Notes: generated from the letters alone by a model not told the origin. 64,000 nt of DNA from Candidatus Scatovivens sp. (GCA_045646345.1 JAZRKN010000016.1:1693-65692); one strand, 5' to 3'; counted from the stretch's first letter, positions 31,399 through 41,209 are shown. Numbers and translations are program-made.

Positions 31399-32292
31399 TT
31401 AAGCTCGAACATTAGAGAGGTCAGATTTTATCAACATCTCCCACAAATCAAAAGGCATGAAAGATGTTCTAATTTCAACACCACTTGCTGTTCCAAACTT
31501 ATACATAATGAATCTAGGACAAATACTGTGCGGAATTCTGTGCGGACTTGCTCCACAGCGTTCATAAGTTTTGTACTTATTGAGGTTAGGATCGTATTTG
31601 TATACAAATCTTGTCAGACCCAACTTTTCCATCACTTCGAACGTTGCTCTTGCAAAGGTATACATGTCACGCTCTCTTGCGTTTATGATTCTACCTCTGG
31701 CAAACCCTTTTCTTAAGACTTCATACTGATCATCTTTATCAAGCTTTGCAAATTCCGGATAGTGCTTGATAGCTCTCATCATAATCTTATACATTGTGAC
31801 AGCTTCATCGCCTCTTACACTGCAAAGCTTTTCACCATACAAAGTCTCAAAACAGTACTTTATTGCCAACTCCTCCGTCAAGTTTCTAGCTAAGAACTTC
31901 TCTACTAAGATAAGTTGTTGGCTAACCTTATCTAAAAGTCGTTCTTTAGTACTTTCATCTTTGGCAATGACGTATGGCACTATTTCTGCCACAGAAAGAT
32001 CTTGATTGTACGAAACATTCAAGATAAGATATGCCTCATCTGCTTGTTTCTTTCCTTTCAAAATGATCGCTTCCTGCATTGAAGAGAAGAATTCTTTTTC
32101 TTTAGCATCAGCCTCTCTCCAATAAGTGTTTTCAAACTTATTTAAAAGAACAAACTTTACCAAATTTGCCCAAAACTTCGAAATCACTTCGATTCTTTTC
32201 TCTTTAGAAAGTTCGTGATATTTCGAAAGCTCCTCTCCTCCAATTCGCATAATAGTGTCAAACCATACCATACCGAAGTTGCATTTAATCAT
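31399..32292 (-). CDS. hypothetical protein, paralog B of the tandem pair (297 aa)
   Basis: About 40% GC. Probable start MIKCNFGMVWF at 32292 with RBS aaggggg. Upstream promoter TTGAAT-17-TATAAT at 32360-32388. C-terminal domain homologous to paralog A. Confidence 0.5.
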   Translation of the reverse strand: MIKCNFGMVWFDTIMRIGGEELSKYHELSKEKRIEVISKFWANLVKFVLLNKFENTYWREADAKEKEFFSSMQEAIILKGKKQADEAYLILNVSYNQDLSVAEIVPYVIAKDESTKERLLDKVSQQLILVEKFLARNLTEELAIKYCFETLYGEKLCSVRGDEAVTMYKIMMRAIKHYPEFAKLDKDDQYEVLRKGFARGRIINARERDMYTFARATFEVMEKLGLTRFVYKYDPNLNKYKTYERCGASPHRIPHSICPRFIMYKFGTASGVEIRTSFMPFDLWEMLIKSDLSNVRA

Positions 32293-32359
32293 AAAAAACC
32301 CCCTTTTTCGGCAACTAGACTCTTGTCTTTCCTCCAAATAGCATATAAGCTACCTTATT

Positions 32360-32388
32360 ATTATACCATAAGGTTACATAATATTCAA
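32360..32388 (-). promoter_or_regulatory. near-consensus sigma-A promoter (TTGAAT-17-TATAAT) for paralog B
   Basis: minus-strand reading ttgaatattatgtaaccttatggtataat. Confidence 0.6.
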
Positions 32389-32425
32389 TAGTGTTAACGA
32401 TTTTTTATTCTTATCTTAGTTATTA

Positions 32426-33313
32426 TTAATTATAAACTTCTATTCTTTGTTTAAACATTGTTCCATCTTTAGTTGTAAACAATTCTAATTTGTTATCTTT
32501 TCTTAAAATATCTTGTATTTTCCAAAGTCCTAGTCCAGAATTTCCTTTTTCTTTTTTAGTAGTATAGTTCTTTTCAAATATTCTGCATGTATCTACATCT
32601 TTATTAGCATATGTATTTTCTACTACTATATCAATTTTGTTTCTACTCATATCTTTCAAAAATTGAATATTAACAACCTTTTCTTCGCAATCATTTGTAG
32701 CTTCAATAGCATTATCAACTAATATACCAAGCATTCTTGATAATACATAAGCTTTTTCTTTCAATTCTTTTAAACTTGCCATAATTTCAATATTCATTTT
32801 TATACCTTTTTCTTCAGCAACTTTAAATTTATTTTGCAATATTCCATATATTGCTGGATTTTCTAATCCTTGACAATTTAGAAAATCAATAACATTCGCA
32901 TGATTGCATTCTTTCATTAATGATTTAAAATATTTTCTTAATGAATTCATATCTTCTAAATAGATATAAGCATCCATAGCTTGAATAATATTATTAAAGT
33001 CATGTTTAAAACATCTAACAGTATCAGTAACTTCTAATAAATTCTTATTTTCTTCTGTTAACTGTTCTATATCTTTTTTCATCTTTTGAATATCTCTTTT
33101 GCTTAAAAATCCATATATATTTATACATACAATTCCTATGCAAATGATTAAATTTCCTAAAATTATTTTAGGATCCATTGTTTTGGTTGCTTGTATTATT
33201 GTTTTAGCTTGGATATTAGAAACAATAACTGCAATAATAGATATTATAAAATTAATAATATCCATTAAATTAATTTGTTTTTTGATTGAATCAAATTTTA
33301 TTTGTACACTCAT
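32426..33313 (-). CDS. sensor histidine kinase, AgrC/ComD-type GHKL (HATPase_c_5) family, apparently orphan
   Basis: 2 N-terminal TM helices, H-box FKHDFNNII and a C-terminal GHKL domain (ENTYANKDVD...GNSGLGLWKIQDIL). No adjacent LytTR regulator, agrB or agrD. Confidence 0.7.
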   Translation of the reverse strand: MSVQIKFDSIKKQINLMDIINFIISIIAVIVSNIQAKTIIQATKTMDPKIILGNLIICIGIVCINIYGFLSKRDIQKMKKDIEQLTEENKNLLEVTDTVRCFKHDFNNIIQAMDAYIYLEDMNSLRKYFKSLMKECNHANVIDFLNCQGLENPAIYGILQNKFKVAEEKGIKMNIEIMASLKELKEKAYVLSRMLGILVDNAIEATNDCEEKVVNIQFLKDMSRNKIDIVVENTYANKDVDTCRIFEKNYTTKKEKGNSGLGLWKIQDILRKDNKLELFTTKDGTMFKQRIEVYN

Positions 33314-33852
33314 CCTTCGTACCCTTTCTTTATTTTATTTTTTTCTGAACTTTTTTTATAATAGTATAATTTCTTGGCTTTTTCAACATAATTAATCATA
33401 CAGAATTCGACTATTTTCGAGCTTTTTGAATTTTTTTAATTATACAAATTTATAAAAAAAATCCTTATTTTGTTTGTTGCTTTAAGCAAAAACAAAACAG
33501 GATTAGAATAGCATATTGAAATCGATTTGTGTAAAAAAGTGTTGAAAAGTAACGAATTATTTTTTCTCAAACCCGCAAAACCTTGAAAATACTGTATCGA
33601 TTTTTAAACTTTTTTCAAAAACTAAAAGTTTTTTTGTAAAAATTTAGCACAAAATCAACAAAACACCATTTTTCGCCACCACATCTATAAGTTTTATAAT
33701 CTCCCTGATATAAAAATCTAAAATTTGCACTTCGCAAATTTAGAAGTTCGCTTCATCTTCTCCAATCTCTAAATTCAGAGTGGAAAAAAGAAGCAGTACA
33801 GAAAATTTAGCAGCCCATCAACACAAGTCAAAACAAAATGGAGGTATGACAA

Positions 33853-34335
33853 ATGTACAAACTCAAGAAAATCTTTGCCATGGTATTGGCACTCGCACTT
33901 GCTTTCAGTTTCTCAACTGTAGCATTTGCAGCAGAGGAATCTGGTATTCCTGAAAACGCAACTCGTCACACAATCGAAGTAACAGTTGAACCTGGTGAAA
34001 ATGACATTGCACCTTATATCTGGGGGCAAGGAACCTACAATCCTCCCGTTAACGGTGCAACTTATACTGCATCTTTCACAACCCCTCACAGATACATGGC
34101 TTATGAAATCCGCGGTATCAAAAGCGATGGTTCTACTACAGGATTAACTTATCAAGTATCTTTGCTTTATTCATTAACCATGTCTTCAGTTTCTTCAATT
34201 ACACGAGCTGTTGATGGTAACACCTATAAAATGGATTGGGTAGATGTAGAAGCTAACGATAACTATTTATTTAAAATCCAAAATTATACTGGAACCCCCA
34301 TAAACGTTACAATTACTTATTACACTTGGGCATAA
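33853..34335 (+). CDS. small secreted protein (signal peptide, 160 aa), unknown function
   Basis: N-terminal signal peptide ending AFA-AEE. About 40% GC. RBS aatggaggt. Confidence 0.5.
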   Translation: MYKLKKIFAMVLALALAFSFSTVAFAAEESGIPENATRHTIEVTVEPGENDIAPYIWGQGTYNPPVNGATYTASFTTPHRYMAYEIRGIKSDGSTTGLTYQVSLLYSLTMSSVSSITRAVDGNTYKMDWVDVEANDNYLFKIQNYTGTPINVTITYYTWA

Positions 34336-34346
34336 CTTTTCTGATA

Positions 34347-34378
34347 AAAGAGGCTAGATCACTCTAGCCTCTTTTTAT
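34347..34378. terminator. bidirectional intrinsic terminator
   Basis: stem agaggctaga/tctagcctct followed by T-run. Confidence 0.75.
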
Positions 34379-35043
34379 AGATATATTTCTATATTTCCAC
34401 ATTTTTTTATTACTTCTTTATTCGATATAATATTCAAATAATCAATTTTTACTTTTATATTATCTTGACTATAAAAACTATTAAATTCTAAAACATAAAT
34501 ATACGTTTTTTTATCAATTCGTTTTCCATATTTCGAAATTTCATTAATTTTTAAATCTATATTTTCTTCAAAAATAACATTTCCATTTATCTTATCTACT
34601 AATTTTATATTATCAAAATAAACTTTATCAAATTCCTCTTCACATCTAACATTAAATGCAATGCAAAGTTTGTCTTCTTCTTGAATAATATAATCTACTT
34701 TGATTCCAACACCATCATGTTCAACATATTCCATGTCTATTTCTTTGTAATTACCGTTTGCAATAGCCTCTTCTATTTGTTTATCTGTATTTGAGAAAAT
34801 ATTAGTTACTAAACTTTCTATTTCATCAGCAAATACTCCTAAACTTGAAATTAAAAAGATAACACAAGCAAATGTTGCAATAAGCTTTTTGGAAAAAAGA
34901 ACAGTTCTTGTTTTTTCTTTAATGTCTGGTTTGTTTAATTCTTCTTTCATTTTTATCTTTAAATTTTGTTTAAATTCATCTCTTAATTTTACTTCATTAA
35001 GTTCATTTTTTATTTCTTCTAATTCTTTATTAAATTCTTCCAT
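34375..35043 (-). CDS. putative anti-sigma factor (single-pass membrane protein)
   Basis: 222 aa; N-terminal cytoplasmic coiled region, one TM (LIATFACVIFLISSLGVFA), extracytoplasmic C-domain. Overlaps the sigma gene by 14 nt. Confidence 0.5.
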   Translation of the reverse strand: MEEFNKELEEIKNELNEVKLRDEFKQNLKIKMKEELNKPDIKEKTRTVLFSKKLIATFACVIFLISSLGVFADEIESLVTNIFSNTDKQIEEAIANGNYKEIDMEYVEHDGVGIKVDYIIQEEDKLCIAFNVRCEEEFDKVYFDNIKLVDKINGNVIFEENIDLKINEISKYGKRIDKKTYIYVLEFNSFYSQDNIKVKIDYLNIISNKEVIKKCGNIEIYL

Positions 35044-35530
35044 TTGCTCTTTCTCCTTTCAGAATAATTTCTTTTACTTTATCTCTGGCTCGCTTTAGTC
35101 TGGTCTTAGCATTCGATTCGCTTATTTTTAGAATCTTACTTATCTCAGAAATTTTGAGTTCATGTATATAAAATAATTCAAAAATTTCTCTATATTTCTT
35201 TTCTAGTTTATTTATTGCAACCTTTAATCTATTATCACAAGTCACTTCAGAATTATAACCAAGATTACCTGTTAATGGCTCTGTTTTTCTAATTTTATTA
35301 TATTTTAATTTATTTGAAACTAGATTTAATGCAATTCTTATCAACCAACATTTCTCATGTTCTTCTGTATTAAATCTTTTGCCTTTCTTTATATATTTTA
35401 CATATTCCATAAATATTTCTTGTACAATATCTTCACAATCTTCTATATTTTCTAACTTATTATACAAGATAGTATTTATCATATCAGCATATTTATCTAT
35501 TATTTTATCTACGTCTATTTCCTTTTTCAT
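35030..35530 (-). CDS. RNA polymerase sigma-70 family ECF-type sigma factor
   Basis: region 2 (CWLIRIALNLVSNKL) and region 4 HTH (ISEISKILKISESNAKTRLKRARDKV). Likely start at 35530 (MKKEIDVD). Confidence 0.75.
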   Translation of the reverse strand: MKKEIDVDKIIDKYADMINTILYNKLENIEDCEDIVQEIFMEYVKYIKKGKRFNTEEHEKCWLIRIALNLVSNKLKYNKIRKTEPLTGNLGYNSEVTCDNRLKVAINKLEKKYREIFELFYIHELKISEISKILKISESNAKTRLKRARDKVKEIILKGERANGRI

Positions 35531-35653
35531 TTTCACTTTCCTGCTTCTTTTTTTGGCATTTTTTATATTTTTTTTAATTTTTTTAACTTTTTTAAAAATT
35601 TTTGTCACCTTTTGACCTCCTCAGTTGATTTATTATATAGGAGGTATTTTTTT

Positions 35654-36328
35654 ATGTACAACTTAGTATTATTTGTAAGTGATTTAAGTTTAATCAAAAA
35701 AATGGGTAATATAGTTTTTAACAATTTTAAATCTATGAATTTAATTGGTATAGTTTCAACACACAAAGAATTAGAATCACTTTGCAAAAAACATAAAGTA
35801 AATTTAATTATTTTGTCTGAAACCAAATACAATTCAAAACCAATTAACTGCATTTTACCCAAAATTGATTCTGTAATTGTTCTTTGCGAATCTGACACAT
35901 CTAATTACACAAAAGATTCTAATACACTATTCTTATCAATCAATAAAAGTACTACTTATATGATAAATGAACTTAGTAAATTTAATAATTTTATTTATAA
36001 TCAATTTATAAAAAACAAATTAATTTATATTCTTGAAAACTTAAAATTTGATTTTAAATTTTCTGGAACTACATACTTTTTAGATGCCGTTATTATTTCA
36101 TATTTAACCATGGAAAATTATGAATTTGAAAATCTAAAAAAATATATTTATCCTTTAGTATCTCAAAAACATAATACAGATTTATCTATAGTAAAATCTT
36201 CCATTTTTCGTGCAATTCAATCTGCTAAAAAGCATTTAAAACCTGAAGATTTCCAAAAACTTAATATGAATTATCCAGAAAAAATAACCACAAAACATTT
36301 AATTACTGAAATTATTAATCATTTATAA
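35654..36328 (+). CDS. Spo0A C-terminal-domain-like regulator with a degenerate receiver-like N-domain
   Basis: C-terminal region GTTYFLDAVIISYL...LKKYIYPLVSQKHNTDLSIVKSSIFRAIQSA matches the Spo0A_C pattern (YL..AI....K.iYp.va.k..T..s.VE.aIR.AI). RBS aggagg. Confidence 0.45.
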   Translation: MYNLVLFVSDLSLIKKMGNIVFNNFKSMNLIGIVSTHKELESLCKKHKVNLIILSETKYNSKPINCILPKIDSVIVLCESDTSNYTKDSNTLFLSINKSTTYMINELSKFNNFIYNQFIKNKLIYILENLKFDFKFSGTTYFLDAVIISYLTMENYEFENLKKYIYPLVSQKHNTDLSIVKSSIFRAIQSAKKHLKPEDFQKLNMNYPEKITTKHLITEIINHL

Positions 36329-36364
36329 TTTTACCAGATTTAAATCTTAAATCAATACTCATTA

Positions 36365-36402
36365 AAAACCAAGCAGCATTTTAAAATGCTACTTGGTTTT
36401 TC
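36365..36402. terminator. bidirectional intrinsic terminator
   Basis: stem aaccaagcagcat/atgctacttggtt (one mismatch) with flanking T-run. Confidence 0.65.
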
Positions 36403-37257
36403 TTATTTTATAAAAATTTTCTTTTTGAATATCATTTTATTTGTATCTATTTCATATTTAAAATATTCAATTGGATTTATATTTATAAAAACATTTTCGG
36501 ATTTTATATATTTTATAAATTTATAAGCATTATCAATATTTTTTGTAAATATAACTGAAATTTTATTTATATTATTACTTTGATTAATTTGTTCTATATT
36601 TTTTTCTAAATCATTATTAAAATAATTTACTTTAATTTCATTCATATAAGCAAATTTATCTATTTCATTTAATATACTTTGGAATATATTATCTTCAACA
36701 TATACATACATTTCACCAAAATTTTCAAATTCTGAATCTATATGGATTCTTTTACAATACTCAAGATATTCATTTTTATTACCAAAATAATATAATAAAT
36801 CATAATTATCTTGTTTTAATACAATGTTATCTTTAGTCATATTTATATAAGTTACTATATCCGAATCAAAATTTACTTCTTTAAGTGATTTTTTTATTAC
36901 TTCCAATAAAACTTTATTTGATGCAAGCATCTTTTCTTCTAATACAACTTCAACACAGTTATTAGTATAAATTGCATTCAAACAAAAATTAAATATTAAA
37001 TACGGATTTTGATTCGTTATTAATAGTATTTTTCCAATTCCAGAAACAACTTCTTGTTTGGTAATTTTAGGCATATATTCTTTTTCTTTTATTGAAGCTA
37101 TTAATTCAAAAATCTTATCTAGATTAAACTTTATTTCCCATTCTTTAAAATCTAATTCAAATGCTTTGTTTATACTTTCCTTATTTTTAATTAAATTATT
37201 TTCAATTTTATTTATAAGCTCTATAGCTTTTTCTTTTTTCAAAAAATAATTATTCAT
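36403..37257 (-). CDS. hypothetical protein (284 aa), weak aldehyde-dehydrogenase/ProA-like pattern
   Basis: GKILLITNQNPYLIFNFCLNAIYTNNCVEVVLEEKM loosely resembles the ALDH NAD(P)-binding region. 14 nt downstream of the 853-aa gene (operon). Confidence 0.4.
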   Translation of the reverse strand: MNNYFLKKEKAIELINKIENNLIKNKESINKAFELDFKEWEIKFNLDKIFELIASIKEKEYMPKITKQEVVSGIGKILLITNQNPYLIFNFCLNAIYTNNCVEVVLEEKMLASNKVLLEVIKKSLKEVNFDSDIVTYINMTKDNIVLKQDNYDLLYYFGNKNEYLEYCKRIHIDSEFENFGEMYVYVEDNIFQSILNEIDKFAYMNEIKVNYFNNDLEKNIEQINQSNNINKISVIFTKNIDNAYKFIKYIKSENVFININPIEYFKYEIDTNKMIFKKKIFIK

Positions 37258-37271
37258 ATTTTACCTATAAA

Positions 37272-39833
37272 CTATCTTATTTCATTTTTTCTTTCTTCAT
37301 AGTCTGTTTTTATATCTTCAACCAAAGTATCGATTGCCAAACTATATTCTGAATCCACCTTCACTTTTTTAGCAAATTCTGGACTTAGTTTTTTCATTTC
37401 GTATACAACATTTTTTCCCCATCCTGCTGATGCATTTCTTACTTTAACGTGTTCTGTCTCTCTTAACCCTTGCTTTGTTGCATCTGATTCTATTACTTTA
37501 GTTTCTAAATTTCCATTTCTAGCCATTTTATTTAAAAAGAACAAACCTTGTTGAAGTGACATTATATATGTTGCATTGCCTGGTTTATCATTTTTCATAA
37601 ATACCATTAATTCTAATTCTTTTGATGGATAAATTCTATAACCATCAAGAGAGTTATTAGTTCCTTTAAGTACTGGTTTTCTAGCATCAAATCCAATTTG
37701 TTCTAACAGCAACTCTTGAAGATCTGGATCTATTTTTAATTTTGATTCTCTTCTTGTTCCAGCTATTCGTAATCCTTTTGTTGTACTCTCACCTTCTGGT
37801 GTTTCTTCTGTTAATATTATAATTCCATTATCACTGTTAAAAATAGATTCATAAGCTTCATTTGTTGCAATATTTTCAGCAAACTCTTTCGCATTTTCTT
37901 CAGTTATTATATTTCTTTGAACTAAAGTACTTAATTCATCTTGAGAAATATAATAATTTTTAAACAAATCTTCTACTTTATCTAATGAAATTTCATCCGT
38001 AATAAAATCAGCTAATTCAATTTCAATTTCATAATTTTGAACTATTTTTAAAAACTCATCAATATCAATCCCATCTTGATTTGAATATAATACCATTAAT
38101 TCAGATGGTCCAATTTTTCCGCTTAGTAATTCTTTTCTTATTACATCTGCTCTATTTTCTGTTAAATTTAAAACTTCATAACTTAACGTTCCATTTTTAT
38201 AATGTTGTATAATTTCATCGCTTGTAAAAATTTCCTTTACAGCTTCTAATGATATTAATTTGTTTTTAAATAAATTTAATATTTCTTCTTCAGAAATTGC
38301 TTCTTCAATATATAAATCTTCTATAACATCTGTTGCTACTTCATAATTTAATCCGCTAAAATCAATTTCTTTTTTACTTAATAATACTAAAACAATTTCC
38401 TTTTCTTGAGATGTAATAGATTCTTTATATACATTTAAATATTCATCTTTCTGTTCTTTTGATAAGTCATTATTTAAAAATTTATTAAAATCTTCAACAA
38501 ATCTTTTATTAATTTTTCCATCATTTAATAATTTTTCTAAAACTTCTGGTGTATAGGTTCTTTGTATCAACTCTATCATCTTTTCATATTCTTCTGGTTC
38601 TTGATACTTTAAAGATTTAAATTTTGTTAGTTTCAATACATCTTCAACATTAATCGCACCATTATTTATAAATAATTCAATATCTTCAATTTTTAATGTG
38701 CCAAACATATTTATATAATCATTTGATTCTAATGAGTTTTTATATTTTATTTGGTCTGACATTACAATTTTCATAAACTGTTCTCTATTTAATGATGTTA
38801 AGAAGTCTGTTCTCAACACTCTTTCTGTTCCATGTTGTGTTTGAATAAAATCTAAAAATTCAATTCCTTTTGGAAATGCGCCATATCTTAGTAAGGCTTC
38901 TAAATCATCTGGTGTTAAATTTTTTAATTCTTCTTTTTTTAATCTTTTTAATACTGTTTTAGCCTCAATTTTTTCTTCTTTTAAATATTGAACAATCTCT
39001 TCTATACTCGCAAATTTAGCAAAGAATCTTTTATCTTTTTCAGCATAATAATTTAAAATCGCATTTCTTGATTCAAAAGAACCAGTTAAATAACAAGCAT
39101 TTTCAAATTCTTCGTTTGTTAGTACATTTAATTCTCTAAAAACTTCATCAAGTGTCATAAAATCCAAACTAGTTATTATTCCACCTTCAACTAACTGGCT
39201 ATAATCTACAACTCCAGCTTTTAACATTTTGCTTATAAAATCATTTCTAAAATATTCTTTTTCTTCTCTATTATTTAAAGTAACTTTTCCATCATTAAAT
39301 TTTCTTGTTTCTCTAGAAATTGTTGAAAGTGATTTTTCAAAAAATATACTAATACCTTGTCTTATTAATCTTCTCTCTTCATCGCTTCCATTTTTTATTT
39401 TTTCACTTAAAACATTATTTAATCTATTTATTAAGTGATCTATTTTATCCGATTCTAGATATGCTGCATGAACTGATTCTATTTTTATTAATATTGTCTC
39501 TACATCATAAGAAGTAAATCCATATTTTAATGCTTTTTCAAACTTTTCTACTTCTTGATATACAGTCATTTCTATTGCTTTTATATCTCTTTCAGTAATT
39601 TCAACAATTCCTGTTTGGGTAAATGCATATTTTTTATTTTTCTTTAAATCTAATACTGTTGTTTTATTTCTTATAGCTTCTGCAATTAAGTATGCATCAC
39701 TAACAGAATGTCTGTCTACTGTTATTGGTTTTACTTGTAATTTTTGCTCTAAATTTTCAATTATTCTTTCTGGTGCTTTTTCACCAGTTCCATGTTTTAC
39801 TTCCAATACGTTTTTTGAGTTACTTTTTGACAT
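37272..39833 (-). CDS. large hypothetical protein (853 aa), Glu/Lys-rich helical repeats, unknown function
   Basis: no NTPase or nuclease motifs recognised. Confidence 0.45.
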   Translation of the reverse strand: MSKSNSKNVLEVKHGTGEKAPERIIENLEQKLQVKPITVDRHSVSDAYLIAEAIRNKTTVLDLKKNKKYAFTQTGIVEITERDIKAIEMTVYQEVEKFEKALKYGFTSYDVETILIKIESVHAAYLESDKIDHLINRLNNVLSEKIKNGSDEERRLIRQGISIFFEKSLSTISRETRKFNDGKVTLNNREEKEYFRNDFISKMLKAGVVDYSQLVEGGIITSLDFMTLDEVFRELNVLTNEEFENACYLTGSFESRNAILNYYAEKDKRFFAKFASIEEIVQYLKEEKIEAKTVLKRLKKEELKNLTPDDLEALLRYGAFPKGIEFLDFIQTQHGTERVLRTDFLTSLNREQFMKIVMSDQIKYKNSLESNDYINMFGTLKIEDIELFINNGAINVEDVLKLTKFKSLKYQEPEEYEKMIELIQRTYTPEVLEKLLNDGKINKRFVEDFNKFLNNDLSKEQKDEYLNVYKESITSQEKEIVLVLLSKKEIDFSGLNYEVATDVIEDLYIEEAISEEEILNLFKNKLISLEAVKEIFTSDEIIQHYKNGTLSYEVLNLTENRADVIRKELLSGKIGPSELMVLYSNQDGIDIDEFLKIVQNYEIEIELADFITDEISLDKVEDLFKNYYISQDELSTLVQRNIITEENAKEFAENIATNEAYESIFNSDNGIIILTEETPEGESTTKGLRIAGTRRESKLKIDPDLQELLLEQIGFDARKPVLKGTNNSLDGYRIYPSKELELMVFMKNDKPGNATYIMSLQQGLFFLNKMARNGNLETKVIESDATKQGLRETEHVKVRNASAGWGKNVVYEMKKLSPEFAKKVKVDSEYSLAIDTLVEDIKTDYEERKNEIR

Positions 39834-40002
39834 TTTAATTCAACTTCCCCTTTTTTACAAAAGATAACGGTATTATAACACATTATGTCAATCAATTCAA
39901 CGTTTTGCCTAAAGTTTATTAGTAAATATTGATTTTAAAGGCAATCTATAGTAAACTCATCTTAGAAATTTTATACATTGTTTTTAAAAAGGAGTTTTTA
40001 TT

Positions 40003-41160
40003 ATGTTAAAAAGATTATTTATTAAAAATTATAAAAACACCGAAGATCCTTTAGTTAGAAATCAATACGGAAAAGTTGCTGGAATCTTTGGAATATTCAC
40101 TAACCTAGTATTAGGAATTATCAAATTAATAATTGGACTAATTTCTCACAGTGTTAGTATCATGGCAGATGCTGCCAACAATATTGCAGATACTGCATCA
40201 TCTGTTCTTACAATTATTGGTTTTAAACTTTCAAACAAAAAACCAGATAAAGATCACCCTTATGGTTATGCTCGTTATGAATATGTAGCAGGTTTTGTAA
40301 TTGCTATTTTAATGTTAATAATGGGATTAACATTTGCCAAAGAAGCTTTAATAAAAGTATTTAATCCAGAAGAACTTGTTATTAATTGGATTACATATTT
40401 AATTTTAATAATTGCTATAATTGGAAAAGGAATTCAGATGTTAGTATATCTTGATTTCTCAAAAGCAATTAATTCAAACACATTAAAAGCAAATGCTGTA
40501 GATACTAGAAACGATATTATTTCTACAACGGCAATTCTTATCTCAATGATTATAATGGGAATCTTTAAAATTAATATAGATGGAATTCTTGGTTTAGCTG
40601 TTTCTGGATTTGTAATATATAGTTCTATAAATATGATAAAAGAAGTTTTAGAACCAATCATTGGTATCATTCCAACTGAAGAACAAGTTAATGAAATCAC
40701 TGAAAAACTTTTAAAATATGATTGTGTTGAAGGAATTCATGATTTAGTAATTCATAATTATGGTGTTCACAATGACTTTGTTACTGTACATGTTGAAATC
40801 GATTCAAAAATGGATATAATGAAAGCTCATGATTTAATGGATAATATAGAAAAAGATTTTAAAGATGATCTTGGAATTGCTCTTACAGTTCATATGGATC
40901 CAATAGTAGTTGGTGATCCAAGAATAGATAAACTTCAAGAAAAAGTAATTCAAATTATCCACAAATTCGATAAAGATTTAAAAATTCATGATTTTAGAGT
41001 TGTTGAAGGAATTACACATACAAATATATTATTCGATTGTATCGTTCCTTATGAAAAAGATTATACAGAAGAATCTTTCAAAGAACTTTTATCAAAAGAA
41101 TTAATTCCAGAACAAGGTATTTATTATTATATAATTCAAATAGATAGACCATATGTATAA
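40003..41160 (+). CDS. cation diffusion facilitator (CDF) family metal efflux transporter
   Basis: 6 TM helices, HSVSIMADAANNIAD motif, C-terminal cytoplasmic metal-binding domain. Confidence 0.85.
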   Translation: MLKRLFIKNYKNTEDPLVRNQYGKVAGIFGIFTNLVLGIIKLIIGLISHSVSIMADAANNIADTASSVLTIIGFKLSNKKPDKDHPYGYARYEYVAGFVIAILMLIMGLTFAKEALIKVFNPEELVINWITYLILIIAIIGKGIQMLVYLDFSKAINSNTLKANAVDTRNDIISTTAILISMIIMGIFKINIDGILGLAVSGFVIYSSINMIKEVLEPIIGIIPTEEQVNEITEKLLKYDCVEGIHDLVIHNYGVHNDFVTVHVEIDSKMDIMKAHDLMDNIEKDFKDDLGIALTVHMDPIVVGDPRIDKLQEKVIQIIHKFDKDLKIHDFRVVEGITHTNILFDCIVPYEKDYTEESFKELLSKELIPEQGIYYYIIQIDRPYV

Positions 41161-41164
41161 AATA

Positions 41165-41204
41165 AAAAAGAGTATAAGGATTTTCCTATACTCTTTTTTA
41201 TTTG
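41165..41204. terminator. bidirectional intrinsic terminator
   Basis: stem aagagtata/tatactctt with A- and T-runs. Confidence 0.7.
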
Positions 41205-41209
41205 TTTTT

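Noticed and set aside
33314-33399. 28-aa basic ORF overlapping the kinase start (ATGA overlap) as an AgrD-like propeptide
   Set aside because: No Cys/Ser thiolactone core or amphipathic leader; composition is K/Y-rich; no RBS
35605-35898. 97-aa minus-strand ORF
   Set aside because: Antisense to the Spo0A-C-like gene and would require read-through of the sigma factor start region
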